This document shows, one piece after another, positions 20,005 to 29,893 of a DNA stretch of 64,000 nucleotides. This DNA comes from Nitrospira japonica (GTDB taxonomy: Bacteria > Nitrospirota > Thermodesulfovibrionia > Thermodesulfovibrionales > SM23-35), in the NCBI GenBank assembly GCA_020725385.1, contig DYFC01000017.1, positions 32,001 through 96,000 on the forward strand, read 5' to 3'. The position numbers and the translations under genes are program-made. The stretch's first letter is position 1; every line of letters starts with the position of its first letter. The notes beneath the pieces are model-generated. The model was given only the letters and a program-made list of their open reading frames with translations. It made no database searches and was not told the DNA's origin.

Positions 20005-21380
20005 ATCCTCTTTAGTATTTCTCTTGCAGCGATTACTCCTGAAGCAGAAGCCTGTATTAATCCTCTGCTTACACCTGCGCCATCTCCCACTGCAAAAAGA
20101 TTTCTAATCTCAGTTTCGAGTTGATTAGAAAGTTTCAATTGTATTGAATAAAATTTTACCTCAACTCCATATAAAAGTGTATGCTCTGAATTAACACCAG
20201 AAGCAATACAATCAAGCGCTTCGATCATTTCTGTAATATCTGCAAGATAACGATAAGGGAGTGCAAAGCTAAGATCGCCCGGAGTTGCATCAGACAATGT
20301 TGGAACAACTTCTCCTTTTTCAATTCTTTCAGCAGTTGATCTTCTGCCATTTTTCAGATCTCCCAGACGTTGAACCAGTACACCTTTGCCAAGTAGATTA
20401 GCGAGTCCTGCTATATATCTTCCATAAGATATAGGATCTTTAAAGGGTTCTGTGAATGTAGTGCTTACAAGAATCGCAAAATTTGTATTTAATGTTTTTT
20501 TGTCAGTATAGCTGTGACCGTTAACTGTCCATATACCTTTTAAATATTCTTTTACTACCTCTCCATAAGGATTTACACAGAAAGTTCTTACTCGATCATT
20601 AAATTTTTTTGATTTAAAAATAAGTTTTGGTTCGTATGTAATTTCTGTTATTTTTTCAAGCACTTTCGCGGGCAATTCTACTCTAACACCAATGTCAACC
20701 GGATTTTGAAGTACAGGAAGTTTTAAACGTTTCACCTCTTTTTCAAGCCATCTTGAACCTTCACGCCCGGGTGCGAGAATGAGGTATTCAGAAAAATATT
20801 TTGTGCCATTCTTTAATTTTATACCGCAGACACTGTTTCTATGCATCAATATCTTTTCAGCTTCGGATAAAAATAAAATATCTATTTTATCTTTAATATA
20901 TGCTTTTATATTTTCAAGAACAATTCTGCATCTGTCAGTTCCTATATGCCTTATCTTTGACGGGATTAAAGATAAATCATATTTTAAGGCAATCGAAGAA
21001 AGATTTTTAATTGCTTCTTTATCTTCACCATAAATATGGTCAGGGGCACCATATTTAACATAGATACTATCCGTGTAATTTATTAAATCTTCGAGCGAAT
21101 TTTTATCAATATATCTCGAAAGAAAACCACCAATATCAGTCGAAAGTGTGAGCTTACCATCACTAAAAGCACCTGCTCCTCCCCAACCACTCAAAAGTGC
21201 GCACTCAGGACAGGTCATGCATTTTGTTTTTTTAACCTTCATCGGGCAGATTCTATTATGAATATCTTTGCCTTTATCTATCATTAAAATGTGTAAATTA
21301 TTATCTTCTCTGAGAAGTTCAAGAGCAGCAAATATACCGGCAGGACCCGCACCTACAATTATGACATCATATCTTTTCAT
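20001..21380 (-). CDS. FAD-dependent oxidoreductase (uncharacterised flavoprotein family)
   Basis: GAGPAG, GGAGAFSDGKL, RTFC and GDGAG motifs; N-terminal Cys cluster. Confidence 0.8.
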   Translation of the reverse strand: MKRYDVIIVGAGPAGIFAALELLREDNNLHILMIDKGKDIHNRICPMKVKKTKCMTCPECALLSGWGGAGAFSDGKLTLSTDIGGFLSRYIDKNSLEDLINYTDSIYVKYGAPDHIYGEDKEAIKNLSSIALKYDLSLIPSKIRHIGTDRCRIVLENIKAYIKDKIDILFLSEAEKILMHRNSVCGIKLKNGTKYFSEYLILAPGREGSRWLEKEVKRLKLPVLQNPVDIGVRVELPAKVLEKITEITYEPKLIFKSKKFNDRVRTFCVNPYGEVVKEYLKGIWTVNGHSYTDKKTLNTNFAILVSTTFTEPFKDPISYGRYIAGLANLLGKGVLVQRLGDLKNGRRSTAERIEKGEVVPTLSDATPGDLSFALPYRYLADITEMIEALDCIASGVNSEHTLLYGVEVKFYSIQLKLSNQLETEIRNLFAVGDGAGVSRGLIQASASGVIAAREILKRI

Positions 21381-21383
21381 GTA

Positions 21384-22148
21384 TTATATTTTAATCTTAA
21401 ATCTATTTTGCAGAAACTTCAGTGCATCATAATTTGTCAGGTCAAGATGAATTGGCGTAACAGAGACATAGTTATCGAGAATAGCCTGAATGTCGGTATC
21501 TTCACCATGTTCCCAGTATGGCATTCCACCGCCTATCCAATAATGCTTTTCTCCATGTGGGTCAAATGTTTCATGAATTGAACCATCATATACTCTCTTC
21601 CCTTGACGTGTAAGTTTAAATCCTTTGAGATTGTTTATTGGTATATCGGGTACATTTACATTGAGAAATGTATCATAAGGAAGGGAATTTTCAAGTATAT
21701 ACTTACCGATTTCGACCGCAACTTTCGAGGCAGTATCAAAATTAAAGGGTAGACCGGGTTTTTTACTTAATACAAGAGAGATAGCAAAAGCAGGAATACC
21801 CATTATTGTGCTTTCAATAGCAGCTGAAACTGTTCCAGAGTAAGTTATATCATCACCAAGGTTTGCTCCTTTATTTATTCCTGAGACAACAAATGCTGGT
21901 TTATCAGGAATGATTTTATTTATACCAACTGCAACACAATCAGTAGGGGTGCCATTCAGACTAAATATATGATCATCAAGATGTTCTACTTTTAAGGGTC
22001 TATGCATTGTCAGAGCATGACTTACAGCGCTTCTTTCTCTGTCTGGAGCAACAACATAAACATCACCGATTTCTTTCATTATTTTATAAAGTGAAATAAT
22101 ACCGGGAGAATGAACCCCGTCATCATTTGTAACAAGAATTATATTCAT
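21384..22148 (-). CDS. surE: 5'/3'-nucleotidase SurE
   Basis: LVTNDDG, GTPTDCV and SGINKGANLG..YSGTVSAA motifs. Confidence 0.95.
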   Translation of the reverse strand: MNIILVTNDDGVHSPGIISLYKIMKEIGDVYVVAPDRERSAVSHALTMHRPLKVEHLDDHIFSLNGTPTDCVAVGINKIIPDKPAFVVSGINKGANLGDDITYSGTVSAAIESTIMGIPAFAISLVLSKKPGLPFNFDTASKVAVEIGKYILENSLPYDTFLNVNVPDIPINNLKGFKLTRQGKRVYDGSIHETFDPHGEKHYWIGGGMPYWEHGEDTDIQAILDNYVSVTPIHLDLTNYDALKFLQNRFKIKI

Positions 22149-22333
22149 ATGATATTGTATCAAAAATATTGATGTTGTGTAATATTTTGATAAAAAGCTT
22201 GCTCTAATTGCTATTTTTATGCAAAATATATAGGTGCTTTTTTCAAAAATTCATCCTGAAGGGGTTGGGAGAAGGATGAGCTTAATAATTTTAAAGAACA
22301 ATTATCTCAGATATTTTTGTCTTTATAAATCAA

Positions 22334-23374
22334 ATGGAACAAAAACTAACTTATAAAAAATCCGGTGTTGATATTGATGAAGGTGAACGTTTTGTTCATA
22401 TTATTTCACCGATGGTCAAAAAGACGTTCCGTAAGGAAGTCTTAACCGGAATAGGTTCTTTTAATGCTCTTTTTAATATTGATACCCGAAAATACAAATC
22501 ACCTGTTCTTGTAAGCGGAACAGATGGTGTAGGGACAAAACTTAAAATTGCTTTTATGATGGATAAACATGACACCGTGGGGATTGACCTTGTTGCCATG
22601 TGTGTCAATGATATTCTTACAAGTGGTGCCGAACCTTTATTTTTCCTTGATTACTTTGCTTCCGGTAAATTGAATTCAAAAACAGCTATTAATGTAATTA
22701 AAGGTATAGTTAAAGGATGTAAGGAGGCAGGCTGTGCTTTGGTTGGTGGAGAAACAGCAGAAATGCCGGGATTTTATCCCGAGAACGAATATGATCTTTC
22801 AGGGTTTGCTGTTGGAGTAGTTGAAAAAAAAGAAATAATTAATGGCTCAAGAATAAGACAAGGGGATTTGCTTATAGGTATTGCTTCTGATGGTATTCAT
22901 AGTAACGGATATTCATTGGTTCGTAAGTTGTTTTTTGATATAAAAAAAATGAAAGTTGATACCTATTTCCCAGAATTAAAAAAGACTCTTGGTGAAGAAT
23001 TACTAAGACCGACTAAGATTTATGTTAAAGCATTTATGGCTTTAAAGAATCAAGTTGATATTAAAGGAATGGCACATATTACAGGCGGAGGGATTCCCGG
23101 AAACTTACCAAGAATTTTTCCAAGAGGTATAAGTGCTGTAATTAAAGAAAATTCATGGGATGTCCCGGAGATTTTTAAGATTATAAGAGAAATGGGAAAT
23201 GTGCCTAAAGATGATATGAGAAGAACCTTTAATATGGGTATTGGATATATTATAGTAGTACCTGAAGTTGATGCATATAATGCATTGAAAATATTAAAAA
23301 AAATAGGTTATAAGTCTTTTCTTATTGGAAATATTGTGAAAGGAGGTAAAGATGTTAGATATTCTGAAAATTAA
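22334..23374 (+). CDS. purM: Phosphoribosylformylglycinamidine cyclo-ligase
   Basis: TDGVGTK, GGETAEMP, HSNGYSL and AHITGGG motifs. Confidence 0.96.
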   Translation: MEQKLTYKKSGVDIDEGERFVHIISPMVKKTFRKEVLTGIGSFNALFNIDTRKYKSPVLVSGTDGVGTKLKIAFMMDKHDTVGIDLVAMCVNDILTSGAEPLFFLDYFASGKLNSKTAINVIKGIVKGCKEAGCALVGGETAEMPGFYPENEYDLSGFAVGVVEKKEIINGSRIRQGDLLIGIASDGIHSNGYSLVRKLFFDIKKMKVDTYFPELKKTLGEELLRPTKIYVKAFMALKNQVDIKGMAHITGGGIPGNLPRIFPRGISAVIKENSWDVPEIFKIIREMGNVPKDDMRRTFNMGIGYIIVVPEVDAYNALKILKKIGYKSFLIGNIVKGGKDVRYSEN

Positions 23375-24203
23375 GAATTTTCTAAGAAAAGTATTTACCC
23401 CTGTAACTATAATGTTTGTTCCTCACAGTAAGACCGAACCTTTGAACTTCAAGGTGCCTTTTATAGGAATTTTTACAATTGTTATTCTATGTTGTTTTGG
23501 TATTGTATATATAAGTATTATTGCAGTTAATACTTATGAATACTATAGAATGAAAAATAAATTAAATTATTATTCTCAACAATTTACGGAACTAAATTCA
23601 ACTATTACTTCATTAAAAAAAGCTGATGATGATTTCAGGCAGTTGTTTTCACTCAAAAATAGGGATAGAATCTTGGAGCACGCTGATGTTATCGATAGCG
23701 GCTCCATAGATTTAGATATGGAAAGCTTAAAGAAACAGATTAGCAAAACTATTGAAAATATAGATGAAATAAAAAAATATTTGCGTTCTGAAAGAGATAT
23801 ATATCTATCCACGCCAAAGGGTTTTCCTGTAAATGGTAATATATCTTCTCCATATGGAATGAGAGAACATCCAAATACAGGTTACAGAGATTTTCATTCA
23901 GGGATAGATATTTCAACTGATTCCGGTACTCCTGTGAAAGCAACTGCGGATGGTATTGTTACTTTTGCCGGTTGGAATGGTGGAAGCGGCAATCTTGTAG
24001 CTATTGAACATGGACATGGATTTTCTACCTTTTATGCACATAATCGGTCAATTAATGTTAGAGTGGGACAAAAAGTAAAAAGAGGTGAGGTTATAAGTTA
24101 TTCCGGTTCAACAGGAAATTCAACGGGACCACATGTCCATTATGAAATATGGAAAAATGGAAGAGCAGTAAATCCTTATGAATACATAAAAGGGAGGTCA
24201 TGA
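23352..24203 (+). CDS. Membrane-anchored M23 metallopeptidase
   Basis: TM helix and coiled coil, HSGID and STGPHVHYE motifs. Confidence 0.9.
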   Translation: MLDILKIKNFLRKVFTPVTIMFVPHSKTEPLNFKVPFIGIFTIVILCCFGIVYISIIAVNTYEYYRMKNKLNYYSQQFTELNSTITSLKKADDDFRQLFSLKNRDRILEHADVIDSGSIDLDMESLKKQISKTIENIDEIKKYLRSERDIYLSTPKGFPVNGNISSPYGMREHPNTGYRDFHSGIDISTDSGTPVKATADGIVTFAGWNGGSGNLVAIEHGHGFSTFYAHNRSINVRVGQKVKRGEVISYSGSTGNSTGPHVHYEIWKNGRAVNPYEYIKGRS

Positions 24204-24571
24204 TGTTTTCCCGTAATTCTGAAAAACTTGAGGCATTAATTGGTGTTAATACAGAATTTAGAGGCAATATTGACACAAAAGGAACTCTTAGAATTGATGG
24301 TATTTTCGAAGGAAATATTAATGCTGATTGGGTAATACTCGGTGAAAAAGCTTCAGTAAAAGGAGACATTGAATCAAGAGGCATTGTTGTTGGAGGAAAA
24401 ATAGAGGGAAACTTAAAAGCAAAAGAAATAGTTGAGATAAAATCAAAAGGTCAGGTTTTGGGGGATATTCATACAACAAAGTTAACAGTGATTGAGGGTG
24501 GAATTTTCGATGGAAGGTCAACAATGATAAAAGAAGGATCGAATGTTGTTGAATTCCAGGTAAAAAATTAA
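24200..24571 (+). CDS. Bactofilin (polymer-forming cytoskeletal protein)
   Basis: Beta-helix repeats (LRIDG.FEGNI, V.G.IEGN, V.GDI); ATGA overlap with the M23 gene. Confidence 0.9.
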   Translation: MMFSRNSEKLEALIGVNTEFRGNIDTKGTLRIDGIFEGNINADWVILGEKASVKGDIESRGIVVGGKIEGNLKAKEIVEIKSKGQVLGDIHTTKLTVIEGGIFDGRSTMIKEGSNVVEFQVKN

Positions 24572-24619
24572 TTAGCCTAAAATGCAGTTTGAGAATTCTG
24601 TATAAAGTTCAGATAATAT

Positions 24620-24653
24620 AAAAAATGAGGGTAGTTTTAGCTACCCTCTTTTT
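24620..24653. terminator. Bidirectional intrinsic terminator
   Basis: GAGGGTAG-TTTTAG-CTACCCTC hairpin flanked by A and T runs. Confidence 0.8.
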
Positions 24654-24705
24654 GCCTCTGGATTGCACCCGATAACCCAGAGCATATACGGTGTTTGACC
24701 CACTT
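24620..24705 (-). ncRNA. Candidate small RNA (~85 nt)
   Basis: Own sigma70-type promoter, internal hairpin CTCTGGGTT-loop-AATCCAGAG, ends in a terminator; no plausible ORF with RBS. Confidence 0.45.
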
Positions 24706-24710
24706 AAATT

Positions 24711-24739
24711 ATGTTAGCATATGCTTTAATATGTGTCAA
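24711..24739 (-). promoter_or_regulatory. Sigma70-type promoter
   Basis: TTGACA (24739-24734), 17-nt spacer, extended -10 TGcTAACAT. Confidence 0.6.
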
Positions 24740-24747
24740 CAATAATA

Positions 24748-26058
24748 TTATGCTTTGATTATTTTTTTACTTTTGATATTTTTAATGGCATTTCTTGTAT
24801 CAATTATAAGTGAACTGTTTTTTAGAATGAAATGGTAATTATATTTTGAATGGTCTGTAACTATTACAACACAGTCATATTGTTTAAGCTTTCTTTCTGT
24901 TAATGGAACACTTTTCATAGAAAGTTCAGGATAATGTCTCATGCCTGAAAATGAAGGAATATACGGGTCATTATAATCAACTTTTGCCCCTTTGTCTTTT
25001 AAGATGCTTATTATTTCAACTGCAGGTGATTCGCGGATGTCATCAGTGTCTTTTTTGTAAGCAACTCCGAGAATTAGGATTTTTGATTTTTTTAAGCATT
25101 TGCCATGCATGTTTAATCCATCTAAAATTTTTGAGACTACATATTCTGGCATACTTGTATTTATTTCGCCAGCAAGTTCTATAAAGCGGGTGTTAAAATC
25201 ATATTCCTTTGCTTTCCATGATAAATAAAAAGGATCAATCGGTATGCAATGACCTCCTAGCCCGGGTCCGGGATAGAATGGCATAAAACCAAAAGGCTTT
25301 GTTGATGAAGCATCTATAACTTCCCAAATATCGATTCCCATTTTATCAGAGAGGATTTTTAGTTCATTTACAAGTGCGATATTTACACTTCTGAATATAT
25401 TTTCAAGTAGCTTTGTAAATTCAGCAACTTCAGGAGAGGAAACCGGAATAATTTTATTAATAACCTGTTCATATAAGACTCTACCTATTTCTGTGCAATA
25501 TCTGCTTATACCTCCGACTACTTTCGGAATATTTTTAGTGTTAAATTTTGGATTACCAGGGTCTTCTCTTTCTGGAGAAAAAACTAAGTAAAAGTCTTTT
25601 CCGACTTTTAATCCTTTTTTTTCAAATTCTGGAAGAAGTATTTCCCTTGTAGTTCCAGGATATGTTGTACTTTCAAGAGATATCAGATGATTTCTTCTTA
25701 AATATTTAGCAATTTCAAGTGTAGTATTTTTGATATAACTTAGATCAGGTTCTTTGTTCTTTTTTAAAGGTGTTGGAACGCAGATTATTATACAATCTGT
25801 ATTCCTGAGCCTTGAATAATCTGTTGTAGCTTCAAATAATTTTTTTTCTCTGACAGCCAAAATATTCTCAGAAGGAATATGTTTTATATAACTTATACTA
25901 TTATTGAGTTTCTGAACTTTTTTTATATCAATATCAAATCCTGTTACTTTAAATTGCTCCTGTGAAAAACGAATACATAATGGAAGTCCAACATAGCCAA
26001 GGCCGATAACACCAACAGTTGCTTCTCTGTCCTTTATTTTCTGAATTAAATTTTTCAA
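24748..26058 (-). CDS. UDP-N-acetylhexosamine 6-dehydrogenase (WbpA/WbpO-like)
   Basis: GLGYVG, ICVPTP, ESTTYPG, SPEREDPGN and GGHCIPIDP motifs. Confidence 0.9.
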   Translation of the reverse strand: MKNLIQKIKDREATVGVIGLGYVGLPLCIRFSQEQFKVTGFDIDIKKVQKLNNSISYIKHIPSENILAVREKKLFEATTDYSRLRNTDCIIICVPTPLKKNKEPDLSYIKNTTLEIAKYLRRNHLISLESTTYPGTTREILLPEFEKKGLKVGKDFYLVFSPEREDPGNPKFNTKNIPKVVGGISRYCTEIGRVLYEQVINKIIPVSSPEVAEFTKLLENIFRSVNIALVNELKILSDKMGIDIWEVIDASSTKPFGFMPFYPGPGLGGHCIPIDPFYLSWKAKEYDFNTRFIELAGEINTSMPEYVVSKILDGLNMHGKCLKKSKILILGVAYKKDTDDIRESPAVEIISILKDKGAKVDYNDPYIPSFSGMRHYPELSMKSVPLTERKLKQYDCVVIVTDHSKYNYHFILKNSSLIIDTRNAIKNIKSKKIIKA

Positions 26059-27464
26059 TGGGGTTTTCTCCCATAAATATCATCCAATCTCACAATATCA
26101 TCTTCTCCTACATATTCGCCATTTTGAACTTCTATTATTTCAAGAGGAACTTTACCAGGATTTTCAAGCCTGTGAAGGGTTGATTTAGGAACATAGATTG
26201 ACTCATTTTCATGGATATAACTCTCTTTGTCTCCAATAGTTACCTTTGCCGCTCCTTTTATTACCACCCAATGTTCCGAGCGATGATAGTGCATTTGAAG
26301 GCTGAGTCTTTCTCCCGGATTAACAACTATTCTTTTTATCTTATATCTTGTACCTTCTTCAAGAATTGTATAGCTGCCCCATGGTCTATAAGTAGTTAAA
26401 TGTTCAAGAGCTTCTTTTCTTTTACTATTATTAAGAGTCTTCACTATTTCACGAACTTTCTGTGTCTCACCTTTTTTAGCGATCAACACAGCATCATCAG
26501 TGTCTATTATAAGACAGTCTTCAATGCCTATTGTAGAAATAAGCCTTTTATTGCTGATTATTAGAGTATCCTTAGTATCAACAGTAATAGTATCACCCAT
26601 TTTTACATTGCCTTTTTCATCTTTATTAGCAACATCATAAAGTGAATCCCATGAACCAATATCATTCCAATAAATATCAAGAGGTAGTACAGTCATTTTA
26701 TCGGATTTTTCTGCAATAGAATAATCGAGTGAAATATCAGGCATCTCATCAAATCTTTCAACTAATTCATCGAATCCTAACTCATACATATTAGCAATTT
26801 CTGGAGCGTATTTTTTGAACTCTTTTTGCATTGTCCTGATTTTAAATGCAAACATACCTGAATTCCAGTAATAATTGCCATCTTTTATATATTTTTCAGC
26901 TGTTTTAGTATCAGGTTTTTCAGTAAATTTATCTACTTTAAAAAATACTTGATTTCTTTGATGTCCCTTGTTTTCTACCTTTATATAACCGTAACCTGTT
27001 TCGGGTCTTGTTGGCTTTAGTCCAAATGTAACAATATAACCTTTACGGGATATTTCTTCTGCTGTTTTTACATATTCTGAAAACTTTTCAGCCGGTCTTA
27101 TCATATGATCTGAAGGAGAAACGAACAATACTTCGTCCTCTGCAGTTCCAAGCTTATCAAGACAATATTTCATGCCCAAGGCTATTGCAGGTGCTGTATT
27201 CCTTCCAACCGGTTCGAGAATAATATTATTTACCGTTTTTTTACTATTGGATATAGAATTAAGATCGGAAATAACGTGAAATTTATATTCATTGTTAGTC
27301 ATTACAATTATGTCTTCAGGTGAAAAAATATTCAAAAGCCTTTTAATAGTTTGCTGTAATAGAGAGTTGTTGTCACCTAATTTCAAAAATTGTTTCGGGA
27401 AATTTTTCCTGCTCAAAGGCCATAACCTTGTGCCAGACCCCCCCGCGAGAACTAAAGCTTTCAA
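26055..27464 (-). CDS. manC: Mannose-1-phosphate guanylyltransferase / mannose-6-phosphate isomerase
   Basis: [30 protein letters not shown] and C-terminal cupin (SLQMHYHRSEHW). Confidence 0.93.
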   Translation of the reverse strand: MKALVLAGGSGTRLWPLSRKNFPKQFLKLGDNNSLLQQTIKRLLNIFSPEDIIVMTNNEYKFHVISDLNSISNSKKTVNNIILEPVGRNTAPAIALGMKYCLDKLGTAEDEVLFVSPSDHMIRPAEKFSEYVKTAEEISRKGYIVTFGLKPTRPETGYGYIKVENKGHQRNQVFFKVDKFTEKPDTKTAEKYIKDGNYYWNSGMFAFKIRTMQKEFKKYAPEIANMYELGFDELVERFDEMPDISLDYSIAEKSDKMTVLPLDIYWNDIGSWDSLYDVANKDEKGNVKMGDTITVDTKDTLIISNKRLISTIGIEDCLIIDTDDAVLIAKKGETQKVREIVKTLNNSKRKEALEHLTTYRPWGSYTILEEGTRYKIKRIVVNPGERLSLQMHYHRSEHWVVIKGAAKVTIGDKESYIHENESIYVPKSTLHRLENPGKVPLEIIEVQNGEYVGEDDIVRLDDIYGRKPH

Positions 27465-27478
27465 TTTATAACCTCCGG

Positions 27479-28891
27479 TTACTTATAAAATTTTATACAT
27501 TTATTTAATTCGTTTTCCATAAACTTTTTGTAGATATTCAAAGATTCCCGATCTTCAGCTTCAAAACGCATAACTATAACAGGCTGTGTATTACTTGTTC
27601 TTACAAGTCCCCATCCTTTCTCAAATACCACTCTTACACCATCTATGTCATAAATTCTCTTAACTGGAAAAGGACTTTGTCCTGAAGAGATATAATTTCT
27701 AAATCTATCAACAAGTCTATCAACAATTTTTTTCTTCATATTTTCTTCGCATTCAAGGCGAATTTCCGGAGTATGATGTAATTGAGGGATTCCTGATAAC
27801 AATTTCTTCAAATTCAAGCCGGTTTTTTTCATTATTTCGATAATTCGGAAAGATGTATATAATGCATCGTCAAAACCAAAATAATCATCAGCTATAAAAA
27901 TATGTCCGCTGAATTCTCCTGCAAGAATTGCTTTTTCTTCTTTCATTTTGTTTTTTACAAGAGAATGTCCTGTTTTCCACATTATGACTTTTCCACCATT
28001 TTTTTCAATATCTTCAAATACTGATTGAGAACATTTTACATCTCCTATAAAGACTGAACCTGGCAATCTTTTTAGAATATCTCTTGCAAGTATAACCATT
28101 AATTGATCTCCCCATATAATATTACCATTATCGTCAATTACACCAATACGATCAGCATCTCCGTCATATCCTATTCCGATATCTGCTTTTTCTTCGATAG
28201 TAGTATGAATCAGATCTTTTATATAATCTACTACAGTGGGATCCGGATGATGATTTGGGAATCTACCATCGGGTTCACAATAGAGTTGGATTACTTCACA
28301 CCCCATTGATTGAATTATCTCAGGACTTACTATACCTCCGGTACCATTTCCTGCATCAATAACTACTTTTAATTTTCTATAATCATTACTGGAAAGATAA
28401 GAAAACTTTTTTTTCATGAAGTCTTTATATGCGGTATTTATCTCGAAATACTCCATATATCCTTTGACTTTATTATTTATAAATACCTTTTCTTCGATAA
28501 TATATTTGAGTTCCTGTATCTTTTCTCCAAAAATTGTATCTTTGCCAACACTAATTTTAAAACCATTGTATTCTGGTGGATTATGACTTCCTGTTACCAT
28601 TATGCCACCATCAAGATTTAGATGAAAGATTGAAAAATATTGTAGAGGGGTAGGGCATAAACCTATATCATATACATTTATGCCTGTTCCAATAATACCT
28701 CTGATAACAGAATTAGCCAATGATTCAGAACTGAGTCTTCCATCCCTGCCAACACTTACCCATTTTGCATCAGGATTTACTTTTTTAAGATAAGTTCCAA
28801 AAGCAAGGCCGAGATTATAGGCAAAGTCTTCATTTATATCTTTCCCTGAAATACCACGAATATCGTATTCTCTAAAGATGTTCTTATCCAT
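27479..28891 (-). CDS. Phosphomannomutase/phosphoglucomutase (AlgC/ManB-like)
   Basis: FREYDIRG, TGSHNP, DGDADR and GEFSGH motifs. Confidence 0.92.
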   Translation of the reverse strand: MDKNIFREYDIRGISGKDINEDFAYNLGLAFGTYLKKVNPDAKWVSVGRDGRLSSESLANSVIRGIIGTGINVYDIGLCPTPLQYFSIFHLNLDGGIMVTGSHNPPEYNGFKISVGKDTIFGEKIQELKYIIEEKVFINNKVKGYMEYFEINTAYKDFMKKKFSYLSSNDYRKLKVVIDAGNGTGGIVSPEIIQSMGCEVIQLYCEPDGRFPNHHPDPTVVDYIKDLIHTTIEEKADIGIGYDGDADRIGVIDDNGNIIWGDQLMVILARDILKRLPGSVFIGDVKCSQSVFEDIEKNGGKVIMWKTGHSLVKNKMKEEKAILAGEFSGHIFIADDYFGFDDALYTSFRIIEIMKKTGLNLKKLLSGIPQLHHTPEIRLECEENMKKKIVDRLVDRFRNYISSGQSPFPVKRIYDIDGVRVVFEKGWGLVRTSNTQPVIVMRFEAEDRESLNIYKKFMENELNKCIKFYK

Positions 28892-28894
28892 TTT

Positions 28895-29887
28895 TTAACT
28901 ATATACTTTCTTCCAGTATTTTCTTAAAAATTTAAGTTTACGTTTTACCCAATCTAAGTTTTGTATGTACCATTTAACAGTTTTTTCAATTCCTACATCG
29001 AAAGTTACTTTTATATCCCATCCTGTTTCATTACGGATTTTTGATGAATTTAAAGAATACCTGAAATCGTGTCCAGGTCTGTCTTTAACAAATTCAATAA
29101 GACTATAGTCTTTTTCGAGCAAGTCTAATATTTTCTTAACAACTTCAATATTTTTCTTTTCCTGACCGCTCCCAACATTATATATTTCTCCTGCAATTCC
29201 TTTATTTATAATTTTAAAAATTGCTTCGGCACAATCAGAAACATAAAGCCATTCCCTTATATTTTCACCTTTACCATAAACTGGAATCTTTTCGTTATTT
29301 AATGCTTTTAAAATCACAACAGGTATAAGTTTTTCAGGATATTGCCATGGACCATAATTATTTGATGGCCTGACTGTTATAACAGGAAGTCCATATGTTC
29401 TGAAATATGCTCTCCCAAGCATATCTGCTGATGCTTTGCTTACTGAATATGGGGAATTTGGATTAATTGCGCTTGTCTCGGTGAAATGCCCATTATAACC
29501 GAGTTCTCCATAAACTTCATCGGTGGAAATATTAATAAATTTTTTAATGCATTTTTCTTTTGATACATCCAGAAGAACTTGAGTGCCTTTAATATTTGTA
29601 TCAATAAAAGGTGAAGCATTAAGAATACTTCTATCAACATGACTCTCTGCAGCCCAATGAACAACAATATCAGGTTTGAATTTATCGAAAATAATTCTTA
29701 AAGTTTTTATATCAGTAATGCTTCTTCTGTGAAAATCAATTTTATCAATGATATTTTTAAGACGTTCCAAATCACCGGCGTAACTGAGATTATCAACTAC
29801 AGCTATTGAGTAACCCTTTTTTACTCCTGATCTTACAAATTCACTACCTATAAAACCTGCTCCACCTGTAACAAGAATTCTTTTCAT
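28895..29887 (-). CDS. rfbB: dTDP-glucose 4,6-dehydratase
   Basis: GGAGFIG, AAESHVDRS, STDEVYG, YSVSK and DRPGHD motifs. Confidence 0.95.
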   Translation of the reverse strand: MKRILVTGGAGFIGSEFVRSGVKKGYSIAVVDNLSYAGDLERLKNIIDKIDFHRRSITDIKTLRIIFDKFKPDIVVHWAAESHVDRSILNASPFIDTNIKGTQVLLDVSKEKCIKKFINISTDEVYGELGYNGHFTETSAINPNSPYSVSKASADMLGRAYFRTYGLPVITVRPSNNYGPWQYPEKLIPVVILKALNNEKIPVYGKGENIREWLYVSDCAEAIFKIINKGIAGEIYNVGSGQEKKNIEVVKKILDLLEKDYSLIEFVKDRPGHDFRYSLNSSKIRNETGWDIKVTFDVGIEKTVKWYIQNLDWVKRKLKFLRKYWKKVYS

Positions 29888-29893
29888 GGTTTA

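Noticed and set aside
23352-24571. M23 peptidase-bactofilin pair as novel
   Set aside because: This is a known conserved cell-shape module.
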